Source: Rhynchobatus australiae
Taxonomy: Eukaryota
Assembly (NCBI GenBank): GCA_034780895.1
Contig: JAUZTB010000027.1
Span: forward strand, 38,293,631-38,357,630
Direction of reading: 5' to 3'
Length of the DNA: 64,000 nt
Shown: in pieces, positions 13,401 through 26,400 of the stretch
How positions within the stretch are numbered: position 1 is the first letter of the stretch
How the letters are laid out: the number at the start of each line of letters is the position of its first letter
Notes under the pieces: generated by a model
Told to the model about the DNA's origin: nothing
The model's database searches: none
What the model saw: the letters and a program-made list of their open reading frames with translations, nothing else
Made by a program: the position numbers and the translations under genes

Positions 13401-14164
13401 ACTGAAAATGTACTCTGTACAAATAGGATTGGTCATATAATTAAAAGTAGAAGAACATATGAAATGTTTCAATTAATTTCATACAATGAATTCAATTCAT
13501 TTTATTCAGTTCAATTCATAGAAAGGCTTTGTAGGCTCTGAGATGTTCTCAAAATAATTTATGAAAGTAAAAGTAGCAGCCACCAAGCACAGCATTTAAC
13601 AATCCCTGAGAAACCAATTTTTTCTTTAGATTTGCAAATGCCAAATATATGTTGCTAGTGTAGTCATAGGAAAACTCTTAATTGAACATATTGGACTTTG
13701 CAATATAGTAAAGGGAGAAACTGGGCCACCAAATCTTGACAGACTGGTTTCCCACAAGAGCTCCTAATTTTTGACTTTAAATGATTTGCAGTGATATTAA
13801 TCGTATTATGGAGTAATATGAATTGTAGTTTGTTGAAATTTGATTCGATAATCCTTCGAATTTCCTCCTTCCTACTCTTGTTGCCACCCAATGCCAACAA
13901 CAGTGAGATGGCAGGCTTTTGAACAATGTAGAGGATCATGGCTAAGCATGATTCTAAAAGATTCCTGTTATGGAGTATAATTTTAAAGTTTTATAGAAAC
14001 GGGTCATTTACTTGTGCTGCTCAAATCATTACACTGATTATTGGACAAATGTAGCAAGCTATGAGTAAAAATGCAATGGTTTGAGCAGGAAATATTTGCT
14101 TGTGTTTTTGTAATAAATTTAACTATTAGCTTGCTTCATTAATTCTTTCTGTTCTGTCAATCAG

Positions 14165-14328
14165 GCTTTGACTGCAGCAGATCTCAACCTGGTACTTTAT
14201 GTCTGTGAAACTGTAGATTCTCACCTGGTCTTTGGTCAGCATCCTTGCCCCCTAACTCAACCAGTTTTGCTTTCGCTCATTCAACAGCTCTCTACTGATC
14301 TCAACTCACGCACAGAATTAAAACTCGG
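14165..14328 (+). CDS. EDC4: EDC4 penultimate coding exon (ALTAADLNLVLYVCETVDSHLVFGQHPCPLTQPVLLSLIQQLSTDLNSRTELKL)
   Basis: tcAG at 14163-14164, donor GTaagg at 14329. 164 nt, phase 0 to 2. Conserved Ge-1/EDC4 C-terminal motif PCPLxQPVLLSLIQQL. Absent from the ORF track. Confidence 0.96.
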
Positions 14329-14499
14329 GTAAGGTGCAAAAATAGAGGAAAAATCACAAGTGCTGGAGAGCTGAAATATTCAAATTAAGAATTAGCAACC
14401 TGTCAGTTAACATTGGAAAGAAAAGGGCTAATGTTTTAAGTGATACCTTTTATTGGAATGATTCTTTTGTGCTTCAAGGAGACATCTTGTGTACTGATA

Positions 14500-14960
14500 A
14501 CAGAGCTCAGGATTTGAATAACCATTCTACCCTGATGCTCCAGTGCAGTGCTGCATTGTAAAAAAATGCCATCTTTCATACAACATATTAAGCCAAAGTA
14601 CATCTAGTTCTTAGAGGAAATTTGAAGTCTTGCCCAACATTCATTCTTCAATCAGCACCACTTTCTGGGGGTTAAGGGTTACGGGGAGAAGGCGGGACAA
14701 TGGGGTTGAGGAAAAACAGCCATGATTGAATGGCAGAGGAGACTCAATGGGCTGAATGGCCTAATTCTGCTCCTGTGTCTTACGGTCTTAACGAAAAGTA
14801 TCAAAGACCTAATGATTCATTGTGGGACTTTGCAAATTATTTTCTAGCCTTTTTTATATTCCACATTCAAAAGGACTGTGTTTCAGGTGTAAAATAATGT
14901 CAAGAATCACTTTTTAAACATTCTGACAGTGTGAAAGGGAATTTTTAAATAAATACAAGT
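14500..14960 (+). mobile_element. Old DeuSINE/SacSINE1-like SINE interrupted by a CR1 3' tail (about 14667-14790)
   Basis: ctccagtgcagtgctgcattg...gccatctttc segment. CR1 tail cagccatgattgaatggc...gggctgaatggcctaattctgctcct...cttacggtctta. Confidence 0.5.
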
Positions 14961-15099
14961 TCGTTGTTTGTACTTTTTCCTTCAATTCCTGAGTGTTGTA
15001 TGCTTTTCCACATTTTCCATGTGAAACATAAAAAGTTATTTACGTTGAGTGTTGTCAAGCCCTGTCAGAATAGGCAGGGGGGGTGGTGATGTTTCCTGT

Positions 15100-15415
15100 G
15101 AGGGGTTTGGGAGGGTCTATAACAAGGGGTGACAGTGTCAGGTTATGGGGTAAGTCCTTTTGGACAGAGATGGAGAGAGATTTCTTCACTCAGAGGGTGG
15201 AGAACCTGTGGAATTCTCTACCACAGAAGGTGAAGGAGGCCATTTCACTGAATATGTTTTAGGAGGTATATTAAATGTCTAGTCACAAAACACACAAGGC
15301 ATGCAGTAGTAAGGGGAGAAAACAGGAATCTAGTATTAAGATAGAAGATCAGTCATGATCATATTGAATGGTGGAACAGGCTCAAATGGGCAAAAGGCCA
15401 ACTACTTTGTTTTTA
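15100..15415 (+). mobile_element. CR1-like LINE 3' fragment just upstream of the last EDC4 exon
   Basis: tttcttcactcagagggtggagaacctgtggaattctctaccacagaagg...gatcagtcatgatcatattgaatggtggaacagg. Confidence 0.75.
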
Positions 15416-15445
15416 TACAATAATTAATCTTTGCTTTCATTTCAG

Positions 15446-15635
15446 TTACCTGGAAGATGCAGTCATGAATCTAGATCACACAGACCCAGTTGCTAGGGAT
15501 CATATGGGTACTGTATTAAATCAAGTGAGACAGAAACTGTATCAGTTCAATCAAGCAGATCCTCTCAATAATGTGAGCAAAAGAGCTCGAAGACTGATGA
15601 TGATGCTTCAAGGACTGGTGACTCCGCTGAGTTAA
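15446..15635 (+). CDS. EDC4: EDC4 last coding exon (GYLEDAVMNLDHTDPVARDHMGTVLNQVRQKLYQFNQADPLNNVSKRARRLMMMLQGLVTPLS*)
   Basis: ttcatttcAG at 15444-15445, stop TAA at 15633-15635. Resembles human YLEEAVMHLDHSDPITRDHMGSV...ARRLSLMLHGLVTP. Confidence 0.96.
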
Positions 15636-16357
15636 ATCGAACTCTATGGCTGATCGTGCTTCCGCCATCTGTAAAGATTGTGTTATAACTATACGATCCA
15701 CATCTGTATGTTACTAATTAATATAACTTTGTTTTATATAAAGAAACAGACTTTAGGGTTGTGTCTCCCTTATCTGTGGTAAGAAAATTGGTTTGGAGCC
15801 ACAGGTTAGTCCACCTAATGCATTAGTTACTTTTCTTTTTATGATCTTTCTCTAATTTGGATAGTCCATTTTATATGTTGTTCAGTTTAAAACAAAGCTA
15901 TGTAAATATAAACATTTTCTTTCCTACTCCATAGTTACATTTGTGAAACAGCAAAGGCTAAATCAACACAGAATGCATAATCTGTATGTTAGCATAAGTG
16001 CATCAAACACAAATAATAATTGAAGTTCAGATTTCTGTTCTCCCAAATTCTTTAGGCATTAAACAGTATCTCACTCTGAAATTCTGACCTCAAGGCTTAG
16101 AGTTGAATACAACTGTCGTCAGTTGAATGAGCATCCAAAATATATTTTCAGAATATTTCTAATTAGTGTTGGACTGTTACTACTTGAAATTTCACCCAGC
16201 AATAGTTTATTTCCATCATGTTAGTTTAAGAGGAAAAAAAACAAGTTTGTGTTTATTGATGATGTTTTGCAGCATTTACGATTTTGTTGTAATTTTACAT
16301 TTGCTTCCTTTTTATCTTGAAATTTCCTGTTTTGGATAATGTTTCAAAAATGTTCAC

Positions 16358-16363
16358 AATAAA
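16358..16363 (+). terminator. Candidate EDC4 polyadenylation signal AATAAA (second candidate at 16596-16601)
   Basis: First AATAAA I found after the EDC4 stop, followed by T/GT-rich sequence. Confidence 0.55.
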
Positions 16364-19300
16364 ATGACTTTTTGGAAATTATCTGGATTGGTTTATCCTT
16401 ATATCATTAGCACTGATTTAAACTTTTTAACATTGCAAAATGTTTCATATTTGTTTTACTGAACCAGTTGTCAGGGTAACTGCTCCTTTTGTATGTCATT
16501 TTGTAACTTTTTGGTTCTTGTGTTTTTATGATCCTTCAAAAAATGTAAATTTGGGAAAACTTCTGTGGCCACTATTTTAGAAACGTAATCTTGAAAATAA
16601 ATACAAATTTCAAACAAAACTGGTGGATGTTGGAAAATGCATATAATTTCAGGATATGGTTACTTAGAATGTCACTTAAAGGATATTATTCTGAGTGACT
16701 TGGCCTTTTGCAGTGTTATATTATTCGCAAGCCCTTTTATGTAGTGTCCTGAATAGTTGTGTGTTCACGTTCCGCTGTCAAAATGTAAACTATTGCAATC
16801 ACAGTTATAACTTAAAGATTTTAAATTGAAAACAAATAATGCAGTACCCCATGAAATCACAACTGTTTCAACATGGGCTCTGTGTTGTTTTGCTAAATAA
16901 TTGCTACTTGCTGACAAAGTTTTCATATCTCTGAAGTTGGTTAACCATCTGTAAGCTCCACTGGTTTGATAATTGCCAGTATTTCTACAGATACTGTGCT
17001 GGTGTTAATTCCACCTCCCCCTTCAGTAAATTGCTGAAGTTGGGAAGCCCACTGAGTTCCATATTCAGGATATATGCATCTTATAAATCCTTATTTAAAT
17101 GCCAGTGCTATATCTTGGTGGANNNNNNNNNNNNNNNNNNNNNNNNNNNNNNNNNNNNNNNNNNNNNNNNNNNNNNNNNNNNNNNNNNNNNNNNNNNNNN
17201 NNNNNNNNNNNNNNNNNNNNNNNNNNNNNNNNNNNNNNNNNNNNNNNNNNNNNNNNNNNNNNNNNNNNNNNNNNNNNNNNNNNNNNNNNNNNNNNNNNNN
17301 NNNNNNNNNNNNNNNNNNNNNNNNNNNNNNNNNNNNNNNNNNNNNNNNNNNNNNNNNNNNNNNNNNNNNNNNNNNNNNNNNNNNNNNNNNNNNNNNNNNN
17401 NNNNNNNNNNNNNNNNNNNNNNNNNNNNNNNNNNNNNNNNNNNNNNNNNNNNNNNNNNNNNNNNNNNNNNNNNNNNNNNNNNNNNNNNNNNNNNNNNNNN
17501 NNNNNNNNNNNNNNNNNNNNNNNNNNNNNNNNNNNNNNNNNNNNNNNNNNNNNNNNNNNNNNNNNNNNNNNTCCATCTGTACTTGAGCCCATTTCTATTT
17601 CCAAGCAAACCAAACGCTGAAAGATTTCTTAAAAATCCAGATGAGAGAATTTGTGTAAGCCACTTCCAAAAGTAGGAAAAGAGTAAGTAGGATGTGGTAA
17701 AACAAGTGACTTAAAACCTAGGTTTAGTCAGAGGAAGAAAACTATACGCTGAGTCTTTGCAAAGCAACAATACAATGTGATTTAGTCCTTTCTAGGAAGA
17801 TAATGTAAAAATGATCAAAAGGAGGCAACAGCTGGCCTCCAGAGATCTGCTACAGTATTTCATTTCTCTCATTTACATATGTTGCTAGTGTGATCAAAAG
17901 AAATGATAGCATGGATGCCATTTGGGACCAAATGCCAGATGGTGTTCTGCAGCAGATTGGCCAATCCAGCGAATGCTGGAGTACAGCTGCTTGTTCCAAA
18001 CACGTTTCACCCCTTGATTAGTTTTTATATGTCAAGCTGGAGAACCCACAATGCCTGTTGGGGAATGTGTGAAATTTTGCTTGTGTATATATAGTGGGAT
18101 ATACTAAAGGACTGCTAGAATTTACAGTAGAAATAGTTTGCCCTTTTGTGATCTTGAGCAAATCTGTTACAATTGAAATAGTAGACTAGAAATTCAATGC
18201 TGTTAAGTGACAATGGGATCAGATGTATGTCATGCTGTTAAATAGCCTGCTCCTTGTTTTTTTAAATTTTTATATGTATATTTTCTCAAAGGGACCTCTG
18301 AATGAATTATTCCATGTTCTTCAAAGTCCTGTTCAAATTGGTTTATCATTGTCACATGTACTGTGAAAAATTTGTCTTTCACCGTACTTGTCTTTCACAA
18401 AGCTTTGCTTTGTAGCTATTGATTGGTTGCAATATTTCAGCCTATTTTGAACATAATGAAGTTCCATCAGAATAGATATTCCAGCTTTCATTGTTCTGTA
18501 TCATTGTTTGTGTTTGAAACTGGTCCTTTGATAAAGATTTAGCAACTAAAAGTGCAGGACTGTTTAAATGTACTTTATCTGAAAATGTATGAGAACAACA
18601 TGTATTTATATTTCCAGGGTAGATTATTGAATCCAAGCATAGAAATACATGCGATAATTTAATATATGAAGTGAAATTGGTTTACAGAGAACTGAAGAAC
18701 TACTTCNNNNNNNNNNNNNNNNNNNNNNNNNNNNNNNNNNNNNNNNNNNNNNNNNNNNNNNNNNNNNNNNNNNNNNNNNNNNNNNNNNNNNNNNNNNNNN
18801 NNNNNNNNNNNNNNNNNNNNNNNNNNNNNNNNNNNNNNNNNNNNNNNNNNNNNNNNNNNNNNNNNNNNNNNNNNNNNNNNNNNNNNNNNNNNNNNNNNNN
18901 NNNNNNNNNNNNNNNNNNNNNNNNNNNNNNNNNNNNNNNNNNNNNNNNNNNNNNNNNNNNNNNNNNNNNNNNNNNNNNNNNNNNNNNNNNNNNNNNNNNN
19001 NNNNNNNNNNNNNNNNNNNNNNNNNNNNNNNNNNNNNNNNNNNNNNNNNNNNNNNNNNNNNNNNNNNNNNNNNNNNNNNNNNNNNNNNNNNNNNNNNNNN
19101 NNNNNNNNNNNNNNNNNNNNNNNNNNNNNNNNNNNNNNNNNNNNNNNNNNNNNNNNNNNNNNNNNNNNNNNNNNNNNNNNNNNNNNNNNNNNNNNNNNNN
19201 NNNNNNNNNNNNNNNNNNNNNNNNNNNNNNNNNNNNNNNNNNNNNNNNNNNNNNNNNNNNNNNNNNNNNNNNNNNNNNNNNNNNNNNNNNNNNNNNNNNN

Positions 19301-19479
19301 NNNNNNNNNNNNNNNNNNNNNNNNNNNNNNNNNNNNNNNNNNNNNNNTAATATGATACACTTGATAATTTAAGTGAATTGAGGCGTAAAAACAGAACTCA
19401 TTTAAGTGTTACCAGAATTTTTCTTTAATGAATAACTTGCTCAGTTATTTATTGCTGATTTGCAATTGGGACCATAGAA

Positions 19480-20650
19480 TGAAACAGTGTAAAGATGTGC
19501 TGTTCTGTCAACTTGGAGTGTGGATGGCTCTTTCAAAGAGCCCTTTTTTCCATAGCCCCGTATTTCTGTTACTTCCAGGTATTTATCCAATATCCTAATG
19601 AAAATGACGATTGAATCTGATTCAATCACCCTTTCAGGCAATGCATTCTAGATCACAACATGTTACAACTTGTTTTTCCCTCCTTACTTCTTGTTCTTTT
19701 GTTAATCTTCTTAAATCCGTGCCACTGGAAACAATGTCTTCTCATTTACGCTACCAACACTGTTCAAGATTTTGAGCACGCTTATTAGATCTTCATTTCA
19801 ACTGGCCTTCTCCAAGGAGAACAATTCAGCATCTCTAGTCTATCCGTGTTGAAAGTATCTCTCATCTCTGGCACTATTTTTGTTAATCCCTTCTGTGCTC
19901 GCTGAGGTTTTGATGTTCTCCCGAAAAAGCAATGCCTGGTATTGAAAGCTATTCCAGCCTAAGCAGTGTTCTCCAAAGACTTCAGATGTGTTTTGTACTC
20001 CATTCCTCCATTAATGAAGCCAAGGATCCTGTGAACTGTTTGAAAGTTGCCTCGTCCTGCTACCTTCACAGATTTGGGTACAGCCACACCCAGTTTAATA
20101 TTGTACAATTTAGCTTCTATTGCCTTTTTTATTCTTCCTATCAAAATACAGTATCACTTAATATTTAGACCACAAGACAAAGGAGCAGAATTAGACCATT
20201 TGGCCCATCAAGTCTGCCCTGCCATTTGATTATGGCTGATTTATTTTTCCCTCTCAACCCCATTCTCCTGTCTTCCTATAATCTTTGACACCCTTACTAA
20301 TCAAGAACCCATCAACCTCCGCTTTAAATACACCCAGTGACTTGATCTCCACAGCTGACTGTGGCAATGAATTCCACAGAGTCACCACCCTCTGGCTGAA
20401 GAAATTCCTCCTCACCTCCATTTGAAAGGGATGTCCTTCTATTCCGTGCCCTCTGGTCCTAGACTCTCCCACTACTGGAAACATCCTCTCCACATCCACT
20501 CTATCCAGGCCTTGCAATAATTGGTAGATTCAATAAGATATATTCTTCTGTACTAAATTTTTTGGAATGTGTCCACTTCTCCAGTTGGTTTTAATTGTCA
20601 TTTATGAAGCACCTTATTGTTTAGCATTGTCTGCAAACTTTGAAATCATG
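19480..20650 (-). mobile_element. CR1-like LINE fragments, including a well-preserved 3' end at about 20167-20520
   Basis: Minus-strand ORF GLDRVDVERMFP.VGESRTRGH...RRNFFSQRVV.LWNSLP is the typical CR1 ORF2 C-terminus. Confidence 0.8.
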
Positions 20651-21939
20651 CCTTGTATACTTAAATTTGTGTTACTAATATATCAATAAGGGCCACAATC
20701 CTATTCATAATTGTATATTACCCCATCCCAGCCCAGCTTTTGAAAAATATGCACTCCCCATTTCTGTCCTTTATATTCACACTGCTATTGTCCCTCCAAT
20801 CCCATGAGATTTAATTATTCCCACATTTTTTTGTCACTCCCTGGAAGTCCATATTCAGAATACCTGCTGCACTACCTCCTTCATCCTCCTTATGGTTTCT
20901 TTAGATTAAAACATCAATTTAAAACAATGATGGTTAAACTGCAGCCAGTACTCCCCAGATCTCTCCTCCTGTGGAATTAAGAGAAAATACTAAAAACATT
21001 CTGCAGGTTGGTTTTCATCAATAAGGAAACAGTTAAGATCTTCCGGTCAGACTTTTGTATTCTCATTCCAAAGTACTTAACCTGCATTTTGTTTTTGCAC
21101 ATCAAGTGCACTGTTTAATCCACCCAACCTTGTCCTTCTAGTGTGAAGTGTCCAACGCGTTTTGTTGACGAATTCTTCCTCCCTTAAGAAACATTTTCAT
21201 AGCTGAGAAGATGAAGTCCTCTTGTCTAAAGTTGCCTCAGAAAGCTAAAGAAATGGGGGAGGGGTAGTCTGCTTCAGGAACATTTCTTTCCTCTTAGGTT
21301 ATTGCTTACATGGAATTTAAGAAAATATTTGATAAGTCAGATAAAGGGCCTGTTAATGGAGTAGTAGGGTCAGCGTCCGCTTCAATTAAAACAATGACTG
21401 ATGGACAGAAAGCAGCAAGACTGGTGGAGGGTAGACAGTGATGTTCACCTCCAGCCGGTGCTGGTGGGACTGACCTGGATATTGGAATACTGAGTGAAGT
21501 TTCAATATTCGGGGATGACACCAAGCGTGGTTTGGTGTAAAGTGAGGGTGCCGTCACTTGACTGTGTCAGGGTATGGAGAGGTTGGCAGATATATACACG
21601 CACTATCTTTGGAGGTAGGGGGTGATGATACTGAGAGAGGACAGTAGATCTTTGCTGGAGGACCTCTGAAGCAGGTAACAAAGAGGTGAATACATAGTTA
21701 TTTGCTTCGTTTTTCCAAGTAATTAAATAAACATGGANNNNNNNNNNNNNNNNNNNNNNNNNNNNNNNNNNNNNNNNNNNNNNNNNNNNNNNNNNNNNNN
21801 NNNNNNNNNNNNNNNNNNNNNNNNNNNNNNNNNNNNNTCCTGCCATGGCAAGTTGCTGCTTTAAATTTCAGTAATTAAATAAACATGGAATATGTTCACC
21901 AATTAGAACTCATCTCTGAATTGGTATCCAGTCATTTAG

Positions 21940-23450
21940 CCGTTACGTTACGCACCTGCATTTCAGGACACCCCGTGTCAGATACAGAAGTGAAGCGAGC
22001 TCCCCCGTCCCGTATTTACCGGCACTGAAACCTTAGTCTCAGCGGAAAGCAAGGCGAACCGGATTTCTTGGCGAGGTTGAACGTTTTTCAAGTTAATGCT
22101 TTTGCTTTATTGCCAAGGGTGATGCATCGAAGGGGTAAGCCACGAGCAAGCAGGGCCTCCAGAGTTTCCCTGCTCTCACTGCAACAGTGCTGAGCTCCCC
22201 GGACACACACAGGTGACTAGCAGGCAGGACACAGTAACTGTTGTAACTGTCCAGAGCCCAGCAGGGTTTGGGATTATACACGCACAAATAAAACTTATTG
22301 GAGACGTTAAACAAAAAAATGTATGAATTAAATGAATAATCTACGAGTTCGCAACCCATCGAAGGCATTTGTAGTTGCAACCTCACATCTGCACCTGAAG
22401 AGCACCTACCCCGCCGCTTCTGGACCATCTCTGTCCGACACCAGCTCAATCCTACCCGGAATTTTGTGGCGGAAATAAGACGGAAAAAATAAAGATGCAG
22501 AAAACGACCGGCCTTCGGGAATTATACTGGGTTTGTTGCCGGTATCCCCCCCGCTGCCTTGTACTGGAGACGGGTGGCTCTCGCCCTCCCCACCCCTGCT
22601 CCTGACGCCCGGGACCCAGCGCCGCAGCCGGTACCGAGCTCCCTCCGTCAAATTATTCCCAGCACATTGCCAACTGAGACCTGACCCGGCCGAGCCCCGT
22701 CAGATCCTTTAACGGGACAGATTTCATAATGTTTTAGCCAAAGTCATACGGAAATGAAATTTTAATCTGCCAGCAAAACGATATTATGTGAAAGCTCCCT
22801 TCCCCGGAGAGTTAAGTCGCAGCCTGCTGTTGGGGGCGTGGTTTGGGGCTGATCTCTCCATCTAATCCCAATTCTTCGCAGCGTTCTGGGTTTTTGTTTT
22901 AAACGTGGCATTTGGCTTCCAGCAAGTTAGCTGCAAACTAGACAGGTCGGCTCCCGCTCCTGCCATGGGTCATCGCTTGGGATCCCTGTACATTTGTCTG
23001 TCAATGCTTTTTCAGCTGGGTAAGTCAAGGCTCACTTTGAAGATGGTAATTGTGATCATTTCTGACAGAGGCGCTTAGAGGCACCGGTGGCAGAAATATT
23101 AAGAACTGACATGTACCTTTTATCGGTGTCGGTTTGTTGATTGCACGGTTTAAGAGTTGAGACCTGCTACAAGGAACAGTGAAGGTCACGGATGCCAATA
23201 GAGGTGCTTCTAGTTTTGCAGATTTCGAGTGCGAGGGAAACTGACGGGGGAGTCGGTGGTCGCCGCTCTCACGGGGGGTCCCCGTGCCGCTCGAGTATTC
23301 GGGATGTTCAGGGTTGTTCTGCAGGGGAAGCGCCGCTAATGTGTTCCAACACATCCACCAACTCTTGAAGCGGCTGTAAAGGTTAAACCCTCGTGGTATC
23401 AAAACTTCATTACACAGAACTAAGACTTTTGCCACATTCGTTACACGCAA
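21940..23450. promoter_or_regulatory. CpG island / promoter of NRN1L
   Basis: Sharp rise in GC and CpG density against an AT-rich, CpG-poor background. It encloses the NRN1L ATG. GC box GGGGGCGTGG at 22832-22841; half-CRE TGACG/CGTCA at 22603, 22646 and 22698. Confidence 0.8.
22965..23019 (+). CDS. NRN1L: Neuritin-like protein exon 1, signal peptide (MGHRLGSLYICLSMLFQL+g)
   Basis: Strong Kozak gccATGg and perfect donor G|GTAAGT at 23020. 55 coding nt (18 codons + 1). Resembles the neuritin N-terminus MGLKLNGRYISLILAVQI. Lies inside the CpG island just downstream of EDC4. Confidence 0.8.
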
Positions 23451-26400
23451 GTAACAGTGTAATTTATTTCCTGGAATGAAACGAAAACTTTTACTTGCAG
23501 CATTTTTTCCCCGGAGGTAAAGGTGACATTTGAAACTTTAACACGGTTCGGCGTTACCCTCCCTGTTCCAACTAACTCAGTGAGGTGCAGAGAGGAGTAA
23601 CTTTGCAAGGAGTGAGTCGAAGGAGCTAGATCAGAGGCTGAGCCGTTTGTTGCAAATAAAATGCAACAGCACAGACCTGTCCTCGGCGTGGGGTTGGCGC
23701 CTGCTCATTTTTGTCAATGGGTAAACCAGCGGATTTCTCCATGGTGCTGGATTCAGCCAGACTCAACGCGGAAGAGCGGGCTTGCGGTTAGTTCAGTAAT
23801 TGGGCGGGTTCATGTACAGAGCGCAGTCGGTAGTGCCTTGCACCTTCCTGCAGTTAACGTTACTATATTCCACTTCCTTTGCCCTCTGCGGTGTATCGAT
23901 CACTTGTTCAGCGCTTTGGAATTTGCAATGTTATGGGAGTGCTCCCAGATCGTTTCACACCAAATNNNNNNNNNNNNNNNNNNNNNNNNNNNNNNNNNNN
24001 NNNNNNNNNNNNNNNNNNNNNNNNNNNNNNNNNNNNNNNNNNNNNNNNNNNNNNNNNNNNNNNNNACCAAATGTCCATCGCAAAGTTACATCGAGCCTGC
24101 ACCGAACTGCTGGGCTGCATGCGACTTCCTCATTTAACCTTCGCCCAGAATGCTACAGGCGGGAAATAATAACATTAAAACTGACGTTTGCCGATAGCAA
24201 TGAACTGTGGTCATCACCCCGACAGTGACGAGCCATATCGCCTGGGCAGGATGGAGTCCCTTCGTTTACGTATTATTATTAGTTAAATGACTTACTTTGT
24301 CAGAAACATGTGCAATTCTATTTTAAGAAGTGAATTACACATATGTAATGATGTTGGAAATATTATTCCATAAATATTCGCTCTGTAAATTGGTGCATCA
24401 ATATTTCCCATTTACTTTTGCTATGTCAACAGTCATGCTGTGTTGCCGTCTCTGGTCACTAGTTGGCAACATGGAAGGCTGTAGTGAAGCCCCCAGCCCA
24501 AAGCAAACAGTTCTGGTCCGTCCACTTTCTGGTGGACTGCACTCAACTATACCTGGTGGTTATATTTATCTGACCCCGGCGCAGGTCCAGAATATGTTTT
24601 ATATATTCCCTGGTACTTTACCAGTTACTGCCATCTCCAGTATCTTGATGGGAAAGTGAATGGGTGCTGACGGTATTTGGAAAGGGGAATATGAAGGGAA
24701 AGTCCAAAGTTGCAGGCAGGTTCCTTTACTTTGAATTGTGTTGGGAAATCTCAGAGGGGAAAGGAGTTGTCTTCTCGAGAAGGAAGAAGATGTCATGAGA
24801 GTTTTAACCTGCAAAGTGGTGTAAATACAATCTGCTCAGGGATTTTCTTCAACATGGGCTCAGCATTAAAAAACTAAAATGGTGTATTTTTTTTGTAAGA
24901 TCACAGATTTATAGAAACAGGGTGGCCTGGAATAACGCACCAGCCAGCGTGTTTGAAAGGCTGTCCTGATTTAATATAAATTTGATTTCATCAGCATAGT
25001 GAACATAAAAGATCCTTTCTTAACTGAATTTGTTGAAAAAGTGGGTCTCATCCTTGTTCCATTCTTAACGTCANNNNNNNNNNNNNNNNNNNNNNNNNNN
25101 NNNNNNNNNNNNNNNNNNNNNNNNNNNNNNNNNNNNNNNNNNNNNNNNNNNNNNNNNNNNNNNNNNNNNNNNNNNNNNNNNNNNNNNNNNNNNNNNNNNN
25201 NNNNNNNNNNNNNNNNNNNNNNNNNNNNNNNNNNNNNNNNNNNNNNNNNNNNNNNNNNNNNNNNNNNNNNNNNNNNNNNNNNNNNNNNNNNNNNNNNNNN
25301 NNNNNNNNNNNNNNNNNNNNNNNNNNNNNNNNNNNNNNNNNNNNNNNNNNNNNNNNNNNNNGCAGCTTCTTTCCTTCTGGGGAACTAATACTGAGGTATG
25401 TCTGCTTATTGCAGTTCATGCACAAGGTTCCATCAGGCAAAGTCAGGACACTTCTTCATCTTCTTTTAAGGGCAGCTGGGTGGTTTCTTCAGTAAATACA
25501 CCATCTACTTCAGAGCGATTAAACAGAATCTTTGGGACTCTCTTCATCTTCGCAAGTCTGGCCCAAGAGTCAACCCCACATCGCTGTCACTTCTCTTCCC
25601 CACTGCCCCTGAGTCCTTGGTGCTGTCTATTGGATGAGCCATAAACTGGTCCGGCAAATCACTGAGATTGTTTTTATTATTTGTAGCTCATTGATCTTCT
25701 TGTTTAGAAAATTTGTATCCTCACAGTTAACCTTTTCTATCTCCTCAGCCGCTTTAGGTAGGTTGCAATCTCAACATCCTGTTTGTTCCAGGGTGTAAAC
25801 TACAAACACCACCCTCCACCCATCCCCTCCATCGCAAAGATCCACTACATCTATCCCATAATATTAACTGCCTCCATCCCTGCCAGTCTGTGTGCAAGAC
25901 TCTCATTATTTCCTTTATCACCTCCAGTGGCAGTTACACCAGTGATCTCATGTGGCTCAACATCCTCCACATTCTGTAGCTCTTAGCCTTTCTGCTACTC
26001 TGTTGCCTTTATTTTGTCTTGTAGCAGGCTCACCCCACCCCTCCCCCCGTCCCCTCCATGTTGTTCAGTCCTACCTCCAACACAGTGGGCTAAAAATTCT
26101 CCCATGTGCTTAAATTGCTTCATTGNNNNNNNNNNNNNNNNNNNNNNNNNNNNNNNNNNNNNNNNNNNNNNNNNNNNNNNNNNNNNNNNNNNNNNNNNNN
26201 NNNNNNNNNNNNNNNNNNNNNNNNNTGCTTAAATTGCTTCATGGTTTCCCCCTTCTTGGTCTCTTATCCAACCCTAAGATATCCGCTCAAACTTCCAATT
26301 CCTTTGTTGACCTATTGCCCTACAATTGGGGACCAGTTTTCAGTCACTAAACCTCATTTTTTGACTTCGCCCTCCAACCTCTCAGTACACCTTTCTCTTC

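Noticed and set aside
22093-23450. Minus-strand ORFs in the CpG island (118, 81 and 141 aa)
   Set aside because: No recognisable homology; GC-rich sequence has few stop codons.
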